In this document: positions 12,404 to 24,660 of the stretch, one piece after another
Layout of the letters: every line of letters starts with the position of its first letter
How positions within the stretch are numbered: the first letter of the stretch is position 1
Source: Octopus sinensis
Lineage: Eukaryota
Length of the DNA: 64,000 bases
Direction of reading: 5' to 3'
Assembly: GCF_006345805.1 (NCBI RefSeq)
Contig: NC_043018.1
Span: 8,556,001 to 8,620,000 of the forward strand
Notes under the pieces: generated by a model
Database searches by the model: none
Seen by the model: only the letters and a program-made list of their open reading frames with translations
Told to the model about the DNA's origin: nothing
Program-made: the position numbers and the translations under genes

Positions 12404-13089
12404 AAATAGAAAGATGAATAATCTTGTAGCAGATTAATCAAAAGTTTAACCGATACCTTGGTAGCAAAAATCACAGCAGAAAACAGCACGGTTGGAGGTA
12501 CAACCATATGGTGTTGCAACCGTGCGTTGGTGCGGATAATTGAAATTAAAATATTATTGGTGAATTGAAGAAATGGAGCTGAACGAAGATTGAACAGAAA
12601 TCGTTTTATTTCATTCTACACGTGTTTCGAAAGGCACAATTTACCAAAATCCGATCGTTTTGCTCCGCCTCTGTTCTGTTTTTGTTTTTTCCAACGGATT
12701 TCCTATTTCTTCCTGAAGAGAAAGACACAATATGGTCTCATTATTCAATCGGATTTTGGTAAATTGTGCCTTTCGAAACACGTGTAGAATGAAATAAAAC
12801 GATTTCTGTTCAATCTTCGTTCAGCTCCATTTCTTCAATTCACCAATAATATTTTATATATATATATATATATATATGAAAAACTAAATATACATAAGTG
12901 AAAACTAAAACAATACTTAAATTATTAAATACTTTAAAATTAAATAAAATACACAAAGATAGTACAAGTCATTAAATTGTAATCAAAATAAGAAATGGTT
13001 CAAATATAGACAAACTCCTTAAATAAGCTAACCATATAATCAATATACATGTGTAGTATCTATAGATTTAATATAACAATCTATAACAA

Positions 13090-13154
<65 letters not shown>

Positions 13155-15993
13155 ATTCGAGACAAAACCACTATTTTAAAATCAAACAAGGAAAGACTTA
13201 ATCAATACATAAAATTTTAATATAAATAAAATAAAATAAATAATTAAATAAAATTATATTAAAATTTTATGTATTGATTAAGTCTTTCCTTGTTTGATTT
13301 TAAAATAGTGGTTTTGTCTCGAATTATATTATATAATATTTTACTATAAAATTGGATTTAACCCTAAATCTGATTTTTCCCTGTAATTTTGGATTCATTC
13401 CCTAATATTTATTATTATATATATATATATATATTTTATTGAAATGGATAAATGAATTATCTTGTTACGGATTATTCAAATTATAACCGATACCTGGGTA
13501 GCAAAAATCACAACAGAAAAATCACGGTTGAGGTTACGACCATGGGGTATCGCAACCGTGCCTTAGTGCGGATAATTGAAGTTTTATATATTTAGTGAGG
13601 GAAGAAATGGAGCTGAACGAAGATTTTACAAAATTCCTTTTTATTATTTTCTACACATGTTTCAAAGGCTGCAAATTCCCTAATTCGGATTGAATAAGGA
13701 GACGATTTTGCAGCTTTCTCTTCAGGAACATCCAGGAACTTAAATCTCCAAACAAATGCGCAGCAAGCTTTTCGAACAAACGCTCCCTAGGAGCCCATGG
13801 TATGAATGGCACAAAACTGTCTCTCAATATGCGTTGACGTCAGGGTGGGTGAAGGCCGACGAAAAAGTCCGTTCAGATAATTCGAGGTCAAATTCCGGTT
13901 AACATTGGGTAGGGGAAGAATTACAGAAAACCAAAGAGTGTGAATATATTCTGTATAACTAGTGTTAATGTTCGAATTGTTTTAAGAATGAAAGCTATCT
14001 TATTTGGGTGTGAGAAACTACCTACATGTATGTGTGTGTGCGCCTATGTATGTGTGGCAGTATGTTTAGGAAGCAGCTAGGGAGAAAATATATTGCAGAT
14101 ATTGTTGGTCAAGCAGCTGATGAAAACCTGTGTCAGTGTGTTCGTCTGTGACCAGTTTATAGACAGATGACTTGTCAACAAGGGGAGTATAATCCCTGAT
14201 ATTGTTTCTAAATATGTAGCAGATCATATGCTAAAAGGGGAGTAATTTCCCCTTTCAAATTTAATTCAAAATTTTTTTCAAAATTTTTTTCAAAAATTTT
14301 TTTCCTTTCTTAGGACATCAAGGTGTTAATTATCTTAGACTTCAATTGTATGCAAGAAATGTATGCCGCCTCCAGTGGGGACATCTAAAAGAGTTTTTCA
14401 AAATCGAGTTAACTAGCTGCCCTCGGCCGAACAAAATGTGAAACTTGAAACTCTGAACTTTTTCACCTTCATGCAACTCTTTCCTGCTGTTTAAAGGTTA
14501 ATTAATTTTTTTTTCTAAATTCTTTCGTTAGGTACGTTGTTCTAACAAGCAAACACCATGAAGGATTCACCAACTGGCCATCTAAATACTCCTGGAATTG
14601 GAACTCAAAAGATGTGGGCCCAAAACGAGACCTTGTTGGTTAGTTTATATTTTCCTGAAAATCTTCAACACTACCACCACTGTTATCCTCCTCCTCCTCA
14701 TCTCCATTGGCATATCCTTCACTCTCACATCAGTATATTTATTCCTATCACTCCTTACACCCCACAACCACCACCACTACCTAACAAAACAATTAAAGGT
14801 GACTTCTTTTTCTCTCCCTCATTCTTCAGGTGAACTTGCAGCTGCCATCAAGAAGACTCCGATCCATTTTGGTTTGTACCATTCTCTCTTTGAATGGTTC
14901 AATCCTATTTATCTACAAGATAAAGCCAACAATTTTACAACCCAAAAGTTTGTTAGGGTAAGTTCAGACCCATTCCTGCTTATCTTTCTCTGTCCATCTG
15001 TCTGTCTGTTAGTCTGCCTCTCTTTTAATCTGTGTGTCTTTTAACATGACTCCCATCACTATTGCATACAGGTAGGAACAGATAAACATGAAACTCATAG
15101 ATCCAACTTCTCTATTCTTTCTTAAGTTCCTATTATTATTTTCTCTCTGCACTGATGAGTACTATGATAATTTTCAAATTCAAATACAAACTTATAACTA
15201 TGTTCAAAACAATTGTATGCATGAATAAACTTCATACAACTTTTTCAACATCTTATCTCCTCCATTTTTGACAAATATGATTGGATTTGCTTGGTTTTAG
15301 AATTCCATCCATGAAGTAAATCTACACTTAATATAGATAATTTAAAACCCTGAAGATTGATTAAATCTGAAATCAGCACTGATATGACTCACTTGTCAGC
15401 TTTTAGGAAAGTGGTCTTATGTTGTTAAATTGTTTTGATTCTTACTTCTAGCAATGCTGGTTCTTACTAGCACCCTCTGTCACTTTAGTGACAACTGTAC
15501 TTGTTGCCTGTATATATATAATATATATATATATATCATCATCATCATCCGCTTTCCATGCTAGCGTGGGTTGGACGGTTCAACTGGGGTCTGGGAAGCC
15601 AGAAGGCTGCACTAAATATTATTCGAGACATAAACCACTATTTGCAAAAACAAACAAGGAAGACTTAATTAATACATAAAATTTTAATAAATAGTCAAAA
15701 AAAACCGCATACAATCGTTTTTGTCTTGATCGACAATCTTCAGGTGGACTTCCAATAATTCAGTGTCTATTGGACGTCCACCTGAAGATTGTCGATCAAG
15801 ACAGAAACGATTGTAGTGGCGTTTTTTACTATTTATTAAAAATTTATGTATTAATTAGTCTTTCCTTGTTTGTTTTGCAAAATAGTGGTTTTGTCTCGAA
15901 TAATATTTTAATTTATTTTACTATAAAACGATTTAATCCTAAATCTGATGTTTTTCCCTGTAAATTTGGATTTATTCCCTAATATTATATATT

Positions 15994-16028
<35 letters not shown>

Positions 16029-16535
16029 ATTATATATATATATATTATATATTATCACTAAACTCGCTGCGACAAGACTGTTGAGGCAAGTGAAATCGAA
16101 ATCAAATTTGATGACAGCAGCATGAATAGCATTCTATCTTATCCTACCATGTGTAAATTAGTGCAGTTACATGTTAATTTATATTTGGTATTATTTGAAG
16201 TTTTCTTCAAAATTTTGGGGAAATCTGGAAAATATTGTGCATCACTCTCTTAGGAGACAATCTGAATAGCATCAAAAAAAATAACTTTTCCATTGATTTT
16301 ATCTTTGTGTGTGTGTGTGTCTGTCCATGTGTCTTTGTCCTCGGTGTTTCTGTCCTAAATAACTATGTATTTCAATATGTTCCTTAGGAAAACTATGCCT
16401 GAGTTGTATGAACTGGTTATGAATTACCAACCTGTGTAATTTTGTCAGATGGTGATTGGGAAGCGCCAGATAAGTACTGGAATTCAACAGAGTTTATTGC
16501 ATGGCTCTATAATGACAGGTTTTTATCATCATCAC

Positions 16536-16586
<51 letters not shown>

Positions 16587-19023
16587 ATTATTATATTTTC
16601 CTTCTTTCTCAAATTTCTTCCGTTTCTTGCACGAAGTGTTTCCGTACCCCTAGGGCAGAGAAGTCATTGTATCGCATTCCCAGATGACAACACGCAAATT
16701 CACAGATAAAATATGATTTAAAAATTAATAAATAAATAAATCCATGAATGGATGTTGTTTTCACAGCGTAATGCTCTTCTCAGTAAATGAGCCCTTCCAG
16801 TTAACATGATTTTTTGCACTCCTGTAGGGATGGTAAGCCTGGTATCATTTTCAAATAGGTTTCAGTACCTTTTTTTTATCATTCCTAGAGATCCTACAAT
16901 CGCTGGTACTGTAGTCACCTTGAGATGTCACATTTTTTCAATTTCTATTAGCAAGTCTTTATATTTACTGATCTTGTCAAATTCTTTTGCTGCTATATTG
17001 TGATCATAAGGAATACTCATGTCAATTAATAAACGTATTGTGATTGCAAGGAATCTCATGTCCAACTAATAACATTATATTATTATTATTATTATATTCT
17101 ATGTTTGACCTTTTGCTTTACATTTGGCCAAGTGGCTCCAAGTCTCACCCAGAGACCTCAAGAGACAACAAATTGGAAGTTGATGTTGGTGTTATGCTTA
17201 GGGTGCCTATAATTGGCTTGACTTAGTGTTGTACTAGTGAATGTCTAAAAAAACCATATGCAAAATTATGTTTGTTTTAAAACTTGAGATTACATAGAAA
17301 GTATTTTGCGTAGGATATGAGCGTTCCCATGAGCTATCTTTTGAATTTCTGCAATTTCTGGGTTTCCTGGTATCTAGGCTAGGTAGCAATCAGCCTCTTT
17401 TGCTATCATTCCCAGGGCACCTATGACACAAGTATTGTTTAGTCTTCAGGTTCCACATTTTGCTGATTTCTATGTTCAAGATCTTTATATTTGCTCAATT
17501 TTTGGTAGGTCTTGACAGATATGTTTATATCGATTGGGACAGTCATATCAATGAGGAGGCATTCTTTGTAGAAGTCTTTCAATTGATGTCTGGCTATTTG
17601 CATCTATCTTTCTTTCAGTTTGAATGGTGAAGTTCCAGAGGAGTGAGATGTGGTCATTTTCAAGTACTGGAGGTGGTTTGTGTTCCCACCAGTTTTTTTC
17701 ATGGGGCAAATCCAGGTTTTTGCAAATTACCCAGTGAATATATTGTGCAGCTCTATCATGCCTGTTGAGATACTCTGTAGGCGCTAGAAGACTGCACTTG
17801 GAGACAACACGATCAATGGTTTCATGTTGTTGTTGACATACACGACATTTTGGGCTACCTCCGTTCTTTAATATGTTGGCCTGGTAGTTCCTTGTAGGTA
17901 GGCATAGATCTTGAGCTGCTATGATAAACCCTTCTGTTTCAGATTTTAAGCCAGAGGCCATTAGCCATTGATGGGTCAGGGCTTTGTCAACATCTGCATT
18001 ATTCGCTCTCCTTGGGTATTTGCCATTGAGAGGTTTTTCTTGCCATTTATCATTCAGAATATCTAAGGCAGCAGTTTTAGCACGGGTTTTCATGCGCTTA
18101 GCTTTTCTGTGCTGGTTCTTATATGTCTAATTCCGAAATTTGTTGTATTCGGAATTCACTTAGATATTCCTTTGCCTGTTTTGTTACTGAGTATGATGCT
18201 TTTATTATTATTATTAGTATTATTATCATTATTATATTGTGTAACAACAAATAAAACTTTCCCCACACCCTACCTCATGTATGATTAGCTTTTGTGATAT
18301 GAGTAAATTTAAACCTAGACATCCAGATCTGAAAAACATGGGTTGATTAAGTTGTAGTGGCACAAGCAATCAGCGCCATATTGGATGAGATTTCACAGCA
18401 GCCATTGCCATCTCCAAGACCGGAGCAAGACCTCACCTGCATCCATTTACCATGCACGAGATCACAATGAGGCTTGCGATGGCAAACTGGATATAAGGGA
18501 CCAACAGAAACAGATTCATTCTCTTTTCACCACAAGCGCTTGCTGAGCCTGTTCTGTGAAACTTGCAAATAAACCAGTTGTAAATTGCATTTGTACTTAA
18601 AGACTTCTTTCCTCACCTGCTGGAGCCTGAACTACACAAAGAGCAATATTCACCCGATATCGTAAACCTTGCGCCGTTAAAGTAAAGTAATTGTTTTTGG
18701 TGTGATGGGTAAACAATATGCAGTGTGGGCAATATGTGGGGAATTCTACGTTTCGTAGGAATTTCAGGAAAATTTTCTCTTATTTCCATACTCTTTACTC
18801 TTACTCTTTTACTTGTTTCAGTCATTTGACTGCGGCCATGCTGGAGCACCGCCTTTTGTCGAGCAAATCGACCCCAGGACTTATTCTTTGTAAGCCTAGT
18901 ACTTATTCTATCGGTCTCTTTTGCCGAACTGCTAAGTTACAGGGACGTAAACACACAAGCATCAGTTGTCAAGCGATGTTGGGGGGGGACAAACACAGAC
19001 ACACAAAACATATACACACACAT

Positions 19024-19070
<47 letters not shown>

Positions 19071-22000
19071 TATATATATACATATATACGACAGGCTTTT
19101 TTCAGTTTCCGTCTACCAAATCCACTCACAAGACTTTGGTGGGCCCGAGGTTATAGTAGAAGACACTTGCCCAAGGTGCCACGCAATGGGACTGAACCCA
19201 GAACCATGTGGTTGGTAAGCAAGCTACTTACCACACAGCCACTCCTGCGCCATGGCAACATTGGCATAACATTTTTGTCCTGAAAGTGAAAATGACTTCT
19301 GCACATATATCAAAGTAAACATTTTAAACGAAATTCTTACCTCACTCTTTGACTCAGAAATTCCTTTTTAATTCTCTCTCCTTTCTCTAATCTTCCTTTC
19401 TCTCTCTAGCTCACTCCTCATTTCTCTCCAATTTACACACCCCTCTCTAATTCACTCTCATGTTCCTTTCTTCCTTTATTTCACCACCACCCCTGCTTCC
19501 ACCTTCAGTCAACCATTTCCCTCCCCCTTCTTCTGTCTGTCTTTCAAGTACATCTTTTACATTGTGATCCTTCAATACCTAAAATACCTTTAACGATCTT
19601 AAATTTTCCTCCGTTTCCCTGTCTTTCTCTTCCAGTCCAGTGAAAGACACTGTTGTGGTAAATGACCGATGGGGAGCTGGAACGGCTTGTCACCATGGAG
19701 ACTTTTACACATGCCATGATAGATATAATCCTGGTGAGTACAAAATACCAAATGACTGATATATAGAAAGATAGTTATATGCTACTTGGAACATGTTTTT
19801 GTCTGTTAAAATGGTGAGATGGTGCTTGAAAAAGTTTCTACGGTTAACTCTTTAAGCAACATGGTTCCCAGGGCAGGTGTATAACATCATTTTGTGAGAC
19901 ATTTAAGCAGTTGAGAGACCAATCTTTTTCTGTATATGATACCAGCCTGTTGGAAATTACTACAACTGTAGTAATTGTGACCCAGCATCAGATGTTATTA
20001 ACTACAACTGATGTGTGTGGGATCCTGTTAAACTAGTCTCAACTTTGTTTGATTGGAATCAAGTAGATTTGAGGCCGTGTATAACAGGATCACTGCACAT
20101 CAGTTATCGGTTCAAAGCTGACGAAATAAACTGTGACATGCATTCAGTTTGAATCGATCTGTTTGACATGAACTTGCTTTCAGCCCCCAAAATCGAAGAA
20201 ATAAACTGACATGAACTCTAATTGAGTCAATCTTTATTGTTGACGATAATAAGCTGACAAAATTTGATCTTCAGTGTTGAAGAGGTAAGCTGTGACATGA
20301 GCTTGGCTTAACTTAATCTTCTTCAAAATTGAAGAGAGAAAACTGATTAAAAAGAAAATACATTTTTCTGATTGTTAACCTCATGTTTTCTATTTAAGAT
20401 TTAAATTTTAAAAAAAAAGTTTAAATAATTTAATTTGTTATTACATGTTATATATATACACTGAGATAAATCTGGAGATAATTATCAGTAAACCTTTTTC
20501 TTTTTCTAAATGTCATTCATCCAGGTAAATTGGTAACTCACAAATGGGAGAATGCCATGACTATTGATAAAAAAGCCTGGGCCTACCGGCGCCAAGCTCG
20601 CTATTCCGACTTTTATTCCATCGAAGGGCTGATATCTCTGCTGGTTGAGACCGTCAGGTTGGTACTGACTTTGTTTGGTATCTTTTATTGTATTTTTGTT
20701 ATTTTTGTGGATTAAAAGAATTGTCGGGGAATCAATCAGAATGCCTTACATTATTTAGTTGTGGACCCTGTTCCTTTTGAGTTCAAATACAATTTATTTA
20801 CATCCCTTTCAGGAATTAATGGAATTAAAGTACCAGTTAAGTACCGGGGCTGATTTAATCAACTGTTCCATCCACGGTTATTAAAAGCCATGTGTTTATG
20901 TTGGAAAACAAAATTGTTGTCTGTAGTTCTACCTTAGACTGTTTGGTCATGCCTGATTTTTTAAGCTGGATCCATGTTCTCTTTTCCAAGGATTTGGCTG
21001 GGGTGGTGGCTTGTGGTGATTAGCCACCTCATGGTCACAGCGGGTGAGGGAGTATTTTGCGAGGATGGGAATTGACGAGTACACTGACCATAGGATTGCC
21101 TGGGATGACCCAAACAAATACCAACAATTGATAGACACAGCAACAAGCTGCAACAGTGCACACCTCCATACCTGACCTGACCTAGTCCATCTGGCTGCAA
21201 GGAGGCGCTTGCTTTCAAATTTTGACACTGCACCAGCAATTTTAGAGGAGGGGTAAGTCAGTTACATCAACCCCAGTATTCAACTGGTACCTATCTTATT
21301 GAACCTGAAGGGATGAAAGGCAAAGTTGACTCTGGTGGTTGTTGAACTCAGAATGTAAAGACGGACAAAATAGGTGCAGGAGTGGCTGTGTGGTGCTTGA
21401 AAAATAAGAGGTGTTACCTTAGTTCACTGGTAGTGAACAGCTGACACTGTAGTAAATTTCCAGTGTTAGTAGCTGTGCAAAAGCAATAATAATGATAATA
21501 ATAATGATAATTACTTTGACTTTACTTGCTAATGCTGTTGTTGTCGATTGATTGGATCAACAAATTTATTTTTAGCTGTGGAGGAAACATACTTATGAAC
21601 GTTGGACCCACCCATGATGGACGTATTGCTCCAATTTTTGAAGAGAGATTGCTCCAAGTTGGTCAATGGCTCAAAGTCAATGGAGAGGCCATCTATGCCA
21701 GCAGACCTTGGACCTACCAGAACGACACATATACAAAGAAAGTTTGGTAAGAATATTTGCTTCCATTATCTTCGTTTGTCTGAAATTGTTGTTGTTGTTT
21801 AACCTAGGTCAGCCGTCATTTAGCTGACATCTTGTACCTTGCAAAACATTTAGCAATATGCCATTCATACTTTACAAGACAGCAGAATAATTCAACGGTG
21901 TGGAGGGCATATACATATATGAATACATATATATAACAAATGATACTCTTTTACTTGTTTCAGTCATTTGACTGTGGCCATGCTGTAGCCCTACCTTTAG

Positions 22001-23495
22001 TCGAGCAAATCGACCCCAGGACTTATTCTTTGTAAGTCCAGTACTTATTCTATCGGTCTCTTTTGCCGAACCGCTAAGTTACGGGGACGTAAACATACCA
22101 GCATCAGTTGCCAAGCAATGTTGGGGGAACAAGCACAGACACAAAAACATATACACACATACATATATGTATATATACATATATACGACGGCTTCTTTTA
22201 GTTTCCGTCAACCAAATCCACTCACAAGGCTTTGTTCGATCCAAGGCTATAGTAGAAGACACTTTCCCAAGGTGCCACGCAGTGGGCCTGAACCCAGAAC
22301 CATGTGGTTCATAATCAAGCTACTTACCACACAGCCACTCCTACATCTGATAGAGACAGAAAATGGAATATCCAAGAGACTTTATTGCCCACAGTGATTG
22401 TTTCAATCCATCTTGAATCACCCCTTCACAGTGAACATGCTTCATCGGCTAACTACTAGGAACACACCCAACACTTAAATAATTATTCTCTCTCTCTCTT
22501 TCATACACACATGAATGAGTAAAAGAAGAAAATGGCTCCGTCAAATTGGAAAGAAACCTCTCCCCGCCTCTCTCTCTCTCTCTCCTTTATTATCTTGTGC
22601 TTTTGTTCATTTTTCGAAGTCAAGTCGAAATCAAAATGGTAAAAACAGAACATTTCATTGTTCATTTATATGAATCGGATGCTTTTAAGTAAAAAGTTTC
22701 TTATTTTTTATTTTACCTGAAGTAATAGCTTCCCGTATACTTTTACAGGTGTAACAACTTGTCCTGTACTTTTCCAGGTTTATAATCTTAAGAATATTGC
22801 TTTCCATGCTCACATTTTTCCATGTAATATATATGTATGTGTATGTGTGTATGCATATGTATGTGTATGTATACATATATATATATAGGCTTATGTATGT
22901 ATATGTGTATTTCTCTCCATGTTTCTCTCCTTGTTTTTTTTCTGTGTATCTTTCTGTCGAAGAGCGTAGGCTCGAAACGTAAAAGACTTTTTCTATTTCT
23001 ATTCCTGAGCGCTATACTAATACATTTGTTTCTTTGTACTCCACCTGCCTTCGTCTTTTGTTTATTTTCGTAAACTTTCCTGTTATATGTGTATATATAT
23101 GCATATGTATGTATATGTGTATATATATGCATATGTATGTATATGTGTATATATACATGTGCGTGTGTGTTTATGAATACATAATATTGCTCCATGCCAT
23201 TATCTGTTTTTCTTGTTTTACCATTTCTCTCCCCTCCAGGTACACCAGTAAAATGGAGAACAACACAAAAGTCGTGTATGCTACGATGTTGTTTTGGCCA
23301 AATACTAATATTGTCATCCTTGGAGCTGTAAAACCAACATCAAGAACAGTTGTCTACATGCTTGGTTATCCAAAGCCAATTGGATACATTTACTTTCCTT
23401 CAATTGGGCTTAAAATTATCCTCCCAAACATCCCTGCATCAACCTTACCCTGTGACTGGGCATGGGTGTTTAAAATTACAAACCTTGAGGAATAA
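11746..23495 (+). CDS. FUCA: Alpha-L-fucosidase (GH29) copy 1, 8 exons: 11746-12152, 14532-14638, 14830-14957, 16388-16518, 19636-19733, 20525-20657, 21576-21746, 23240-23495; exon 4 frameshifted as assembled
   Basis: Signal peptide, then [41 protein letters not shown], (W)[24 protein letters not shown] and NGEAIY motifs typical of FUCA1/2. All introns are GT-AG with compatible phases apart from the exon 4 indels. Confidence 0.93.
12710..12789 (+). ncRNA. Hammerhead ribozyme with extended stem II, within inverted repeat 12548-12855 in intron 1 of copy 1
   Basis: ttc-CTGAAGA-gaaagacacaat...attgtgcctttc-GAAAC-acgt-GTA-gaa. Confidence 0.7.
13649..13728 (-). ncRNA. Hammerhead ribozyme of the same family, in a Penelope-like end (~13440-14450)
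   Basis: Reverse complement: ttc-CTGAAGA-gaaagctgcaaa...tttgcagccttt-GAAAC-atgt-GTA-gaa. Confidence 0.65.
14532..14638 (+). CDS. FUCA: FUCA copy 1 exon 2
   Basis: ttag|G; [36 protein letters not shown]; donor gttagt. Confidence 0.93.
14830..14957 (+). CDS. FUCA: FUCA copy 1 exon 3
   Basis: cag|GT; [42 protein letters not shown]; donor gtaagt. Confidence 0.93.
15778..15819 (+). ncRNA. Minimal hammerhead ribozyme in hairpin insert 15612-15985 (intron 3, copy 1)
   Basis: ccac-CTGAAGA-ttgtcgatcaagaca-GAAAC-gatt-GTA-gtgg. Confidence 0.65.
16388..16518 (+). pseudogene. FUCA: FUCA copy 1 exon 4 (catalytic-nucleophile exon), disrupted as assembled
   Basis: 131 bp vs 134 bp in copy 2. Lacks GG at the acceptor and one A in CCT GAT GTA, giving an early TGA. 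The rest reads [24 protein letters not shown]. Confidence 0.6.
16597..18201 (-). mobile_element. Two tandem 5'-truncated Dong/R4-clade non-LTR retrotransposon ends in (TAA)n
   Basis: [20 protein letters not shown]....C zinc knuckle, RHD, and LLID...KYKDL.IEI restriction-like endonuclease motifs; each end abuts (TTA)n. Confidence 0.85.
18795..19250 (-). mobile_element. SINE family A (partial counterpart 47500-47840)
   Basis: Family similarity. Confidence 0.85.
19636..19733 (+). CDS. FUCA: FUCA copy 1 exon 5
   Basis: ccag|T; [34 protein letters not shown]; donor gtgagt. Confidence 0.93.
20525..20657 (+). CDS. FUCA: FUCA copy 1 exon 6
   Basis: ccag|GT; [22 protein letters not shown]...LVETVS; donor gttggt. 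Confidence 0.92.
21576..21746 (+). CDS. FUCA: FUCA copy 1 exon 7
   Basis: ttag|C; [45 protein letters not shown]; donor gtaaga. Confidence 0.94.
21944..22346 (-). mobile_element. SINE family A (counterpart 51105-51497)
   Basis: Family similarity. Confidence 0.85.
23240..23495 (+). CDS. FUCA: FUCA copy 1 exon 8 (C-terminal domain, stop)
   Basis: ccag|G; YTSK...VYATMLFWP...[16 protein letters not shown]. Confidence 0.92.
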
Positions 23496-23509
23496 ACTTG
23501 CTCTCTCTT

Positions 23510-23620
23510 TATCTATCTATCTATCTATCTACCTACCTACCTACCTACCTACCTATCTATCTATCTGTCTATCTATCTACCTACATACCTACCTACCTAC
23601 CTATCTATCTACCTACCTAC

Positions 23621-23706
<86 letters not shown>

Positions 23707-23850
23707 GTCAATCTATCTATCTACCTACCTACCTACCTACCTATCTATCTGTCTATCTACCTACCTACCTACCTACCTACCTACCTACCTACCTACCTAC
23801 CTATCTATCTATCTGTCTGTCTGTCTATCTACCTGTCTGTCTGTCTACGC
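23510..23850. repeat. (CTAT)n/(CTAC)n compound microsatellite just after the FUCA copy 1 stop
   Basis: Seen directly. Confidence 0.95.
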
Positions 23851-24059
23851 ATTTATACAAAGACAAATGGATATATATATGTATATATAACATATATATA
23901 TATGTATGCATGTATGTATATATATGTATTAATTGAAGTGTACAGTATTATATAACCATTACAGGTGATCTAACTAATTTGTTTCACATTGGGATCCGGT
24001 GGGGTGTTAGATAACAGCTCAATTACTTAACCCTGCACTCTTCAGAGATGGCAGTTATA

Positions 24060-24660
24060 GAAAATATGGTGACTGCTCCGTATTGTTTGAGGTGAGAAGC
24101 ATTAAAACTCACATGGGTAAGATTTTCCTGAGCTTAGCAGACAAACACTTCCCTGATACAAATAGGTTCAGTGAAATATTAAATAGGCACACCCTGAGGG
24201 CTTCTTTTGGTTGTGCACTTAATGTAAAAAGGATATTAGTTGGTAGACCCACACCTGAGACAGAGATAGGATGCTCATGTAGGAGTACCACATGTCCATT
24301 TAATGGTAACAGCAATTGGACTAAATGAGGAGCTAAATGTGCAAAAGTATGTGGGTGTAACTGAAGAGCCCTTCATAACCTGATACAACAACCACAAGTC
24401 CTATTTCAACATCCTGGAGAAACAAAGCACCACAACCCTGGGCAAGTACATGTGGAAGTTGAAAGAGTGCTATAGAATACAACATAAAGTGGAGAATATT
24501 AGAAAAATTCCAAGTTTACTTCAATAGTAGCAGGAAGTGCAGATTATGTCTAACTGAGAAAAGAGCCATATTAAAGAACTCTCAGTACTCAGACATCTAT
24601 TTGAATAGCTGATATGAAATTTTTAATCCATGCCCACATGAAAGGAAATACATTCTAGCA
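24060..24660 (+). mobile_element. Decayed Penelope-like GIY-YIG fragment
   Basis: KTHMGKIFLSLADKHFP...CSCRSTTCPFNG...YVGVTE..F...YNNHK...KCRLCLTEK with stops. Confidence 0.8.

Noticed and set aside
14598-15044. 148-aa ORF with a hydrophobic stretch fused to FUCA exon 3, suggesting a membrane isoform
   Set aside because: It starts out of frame in exon 2 and reads through intron 2; canonical splice sites explain the region.
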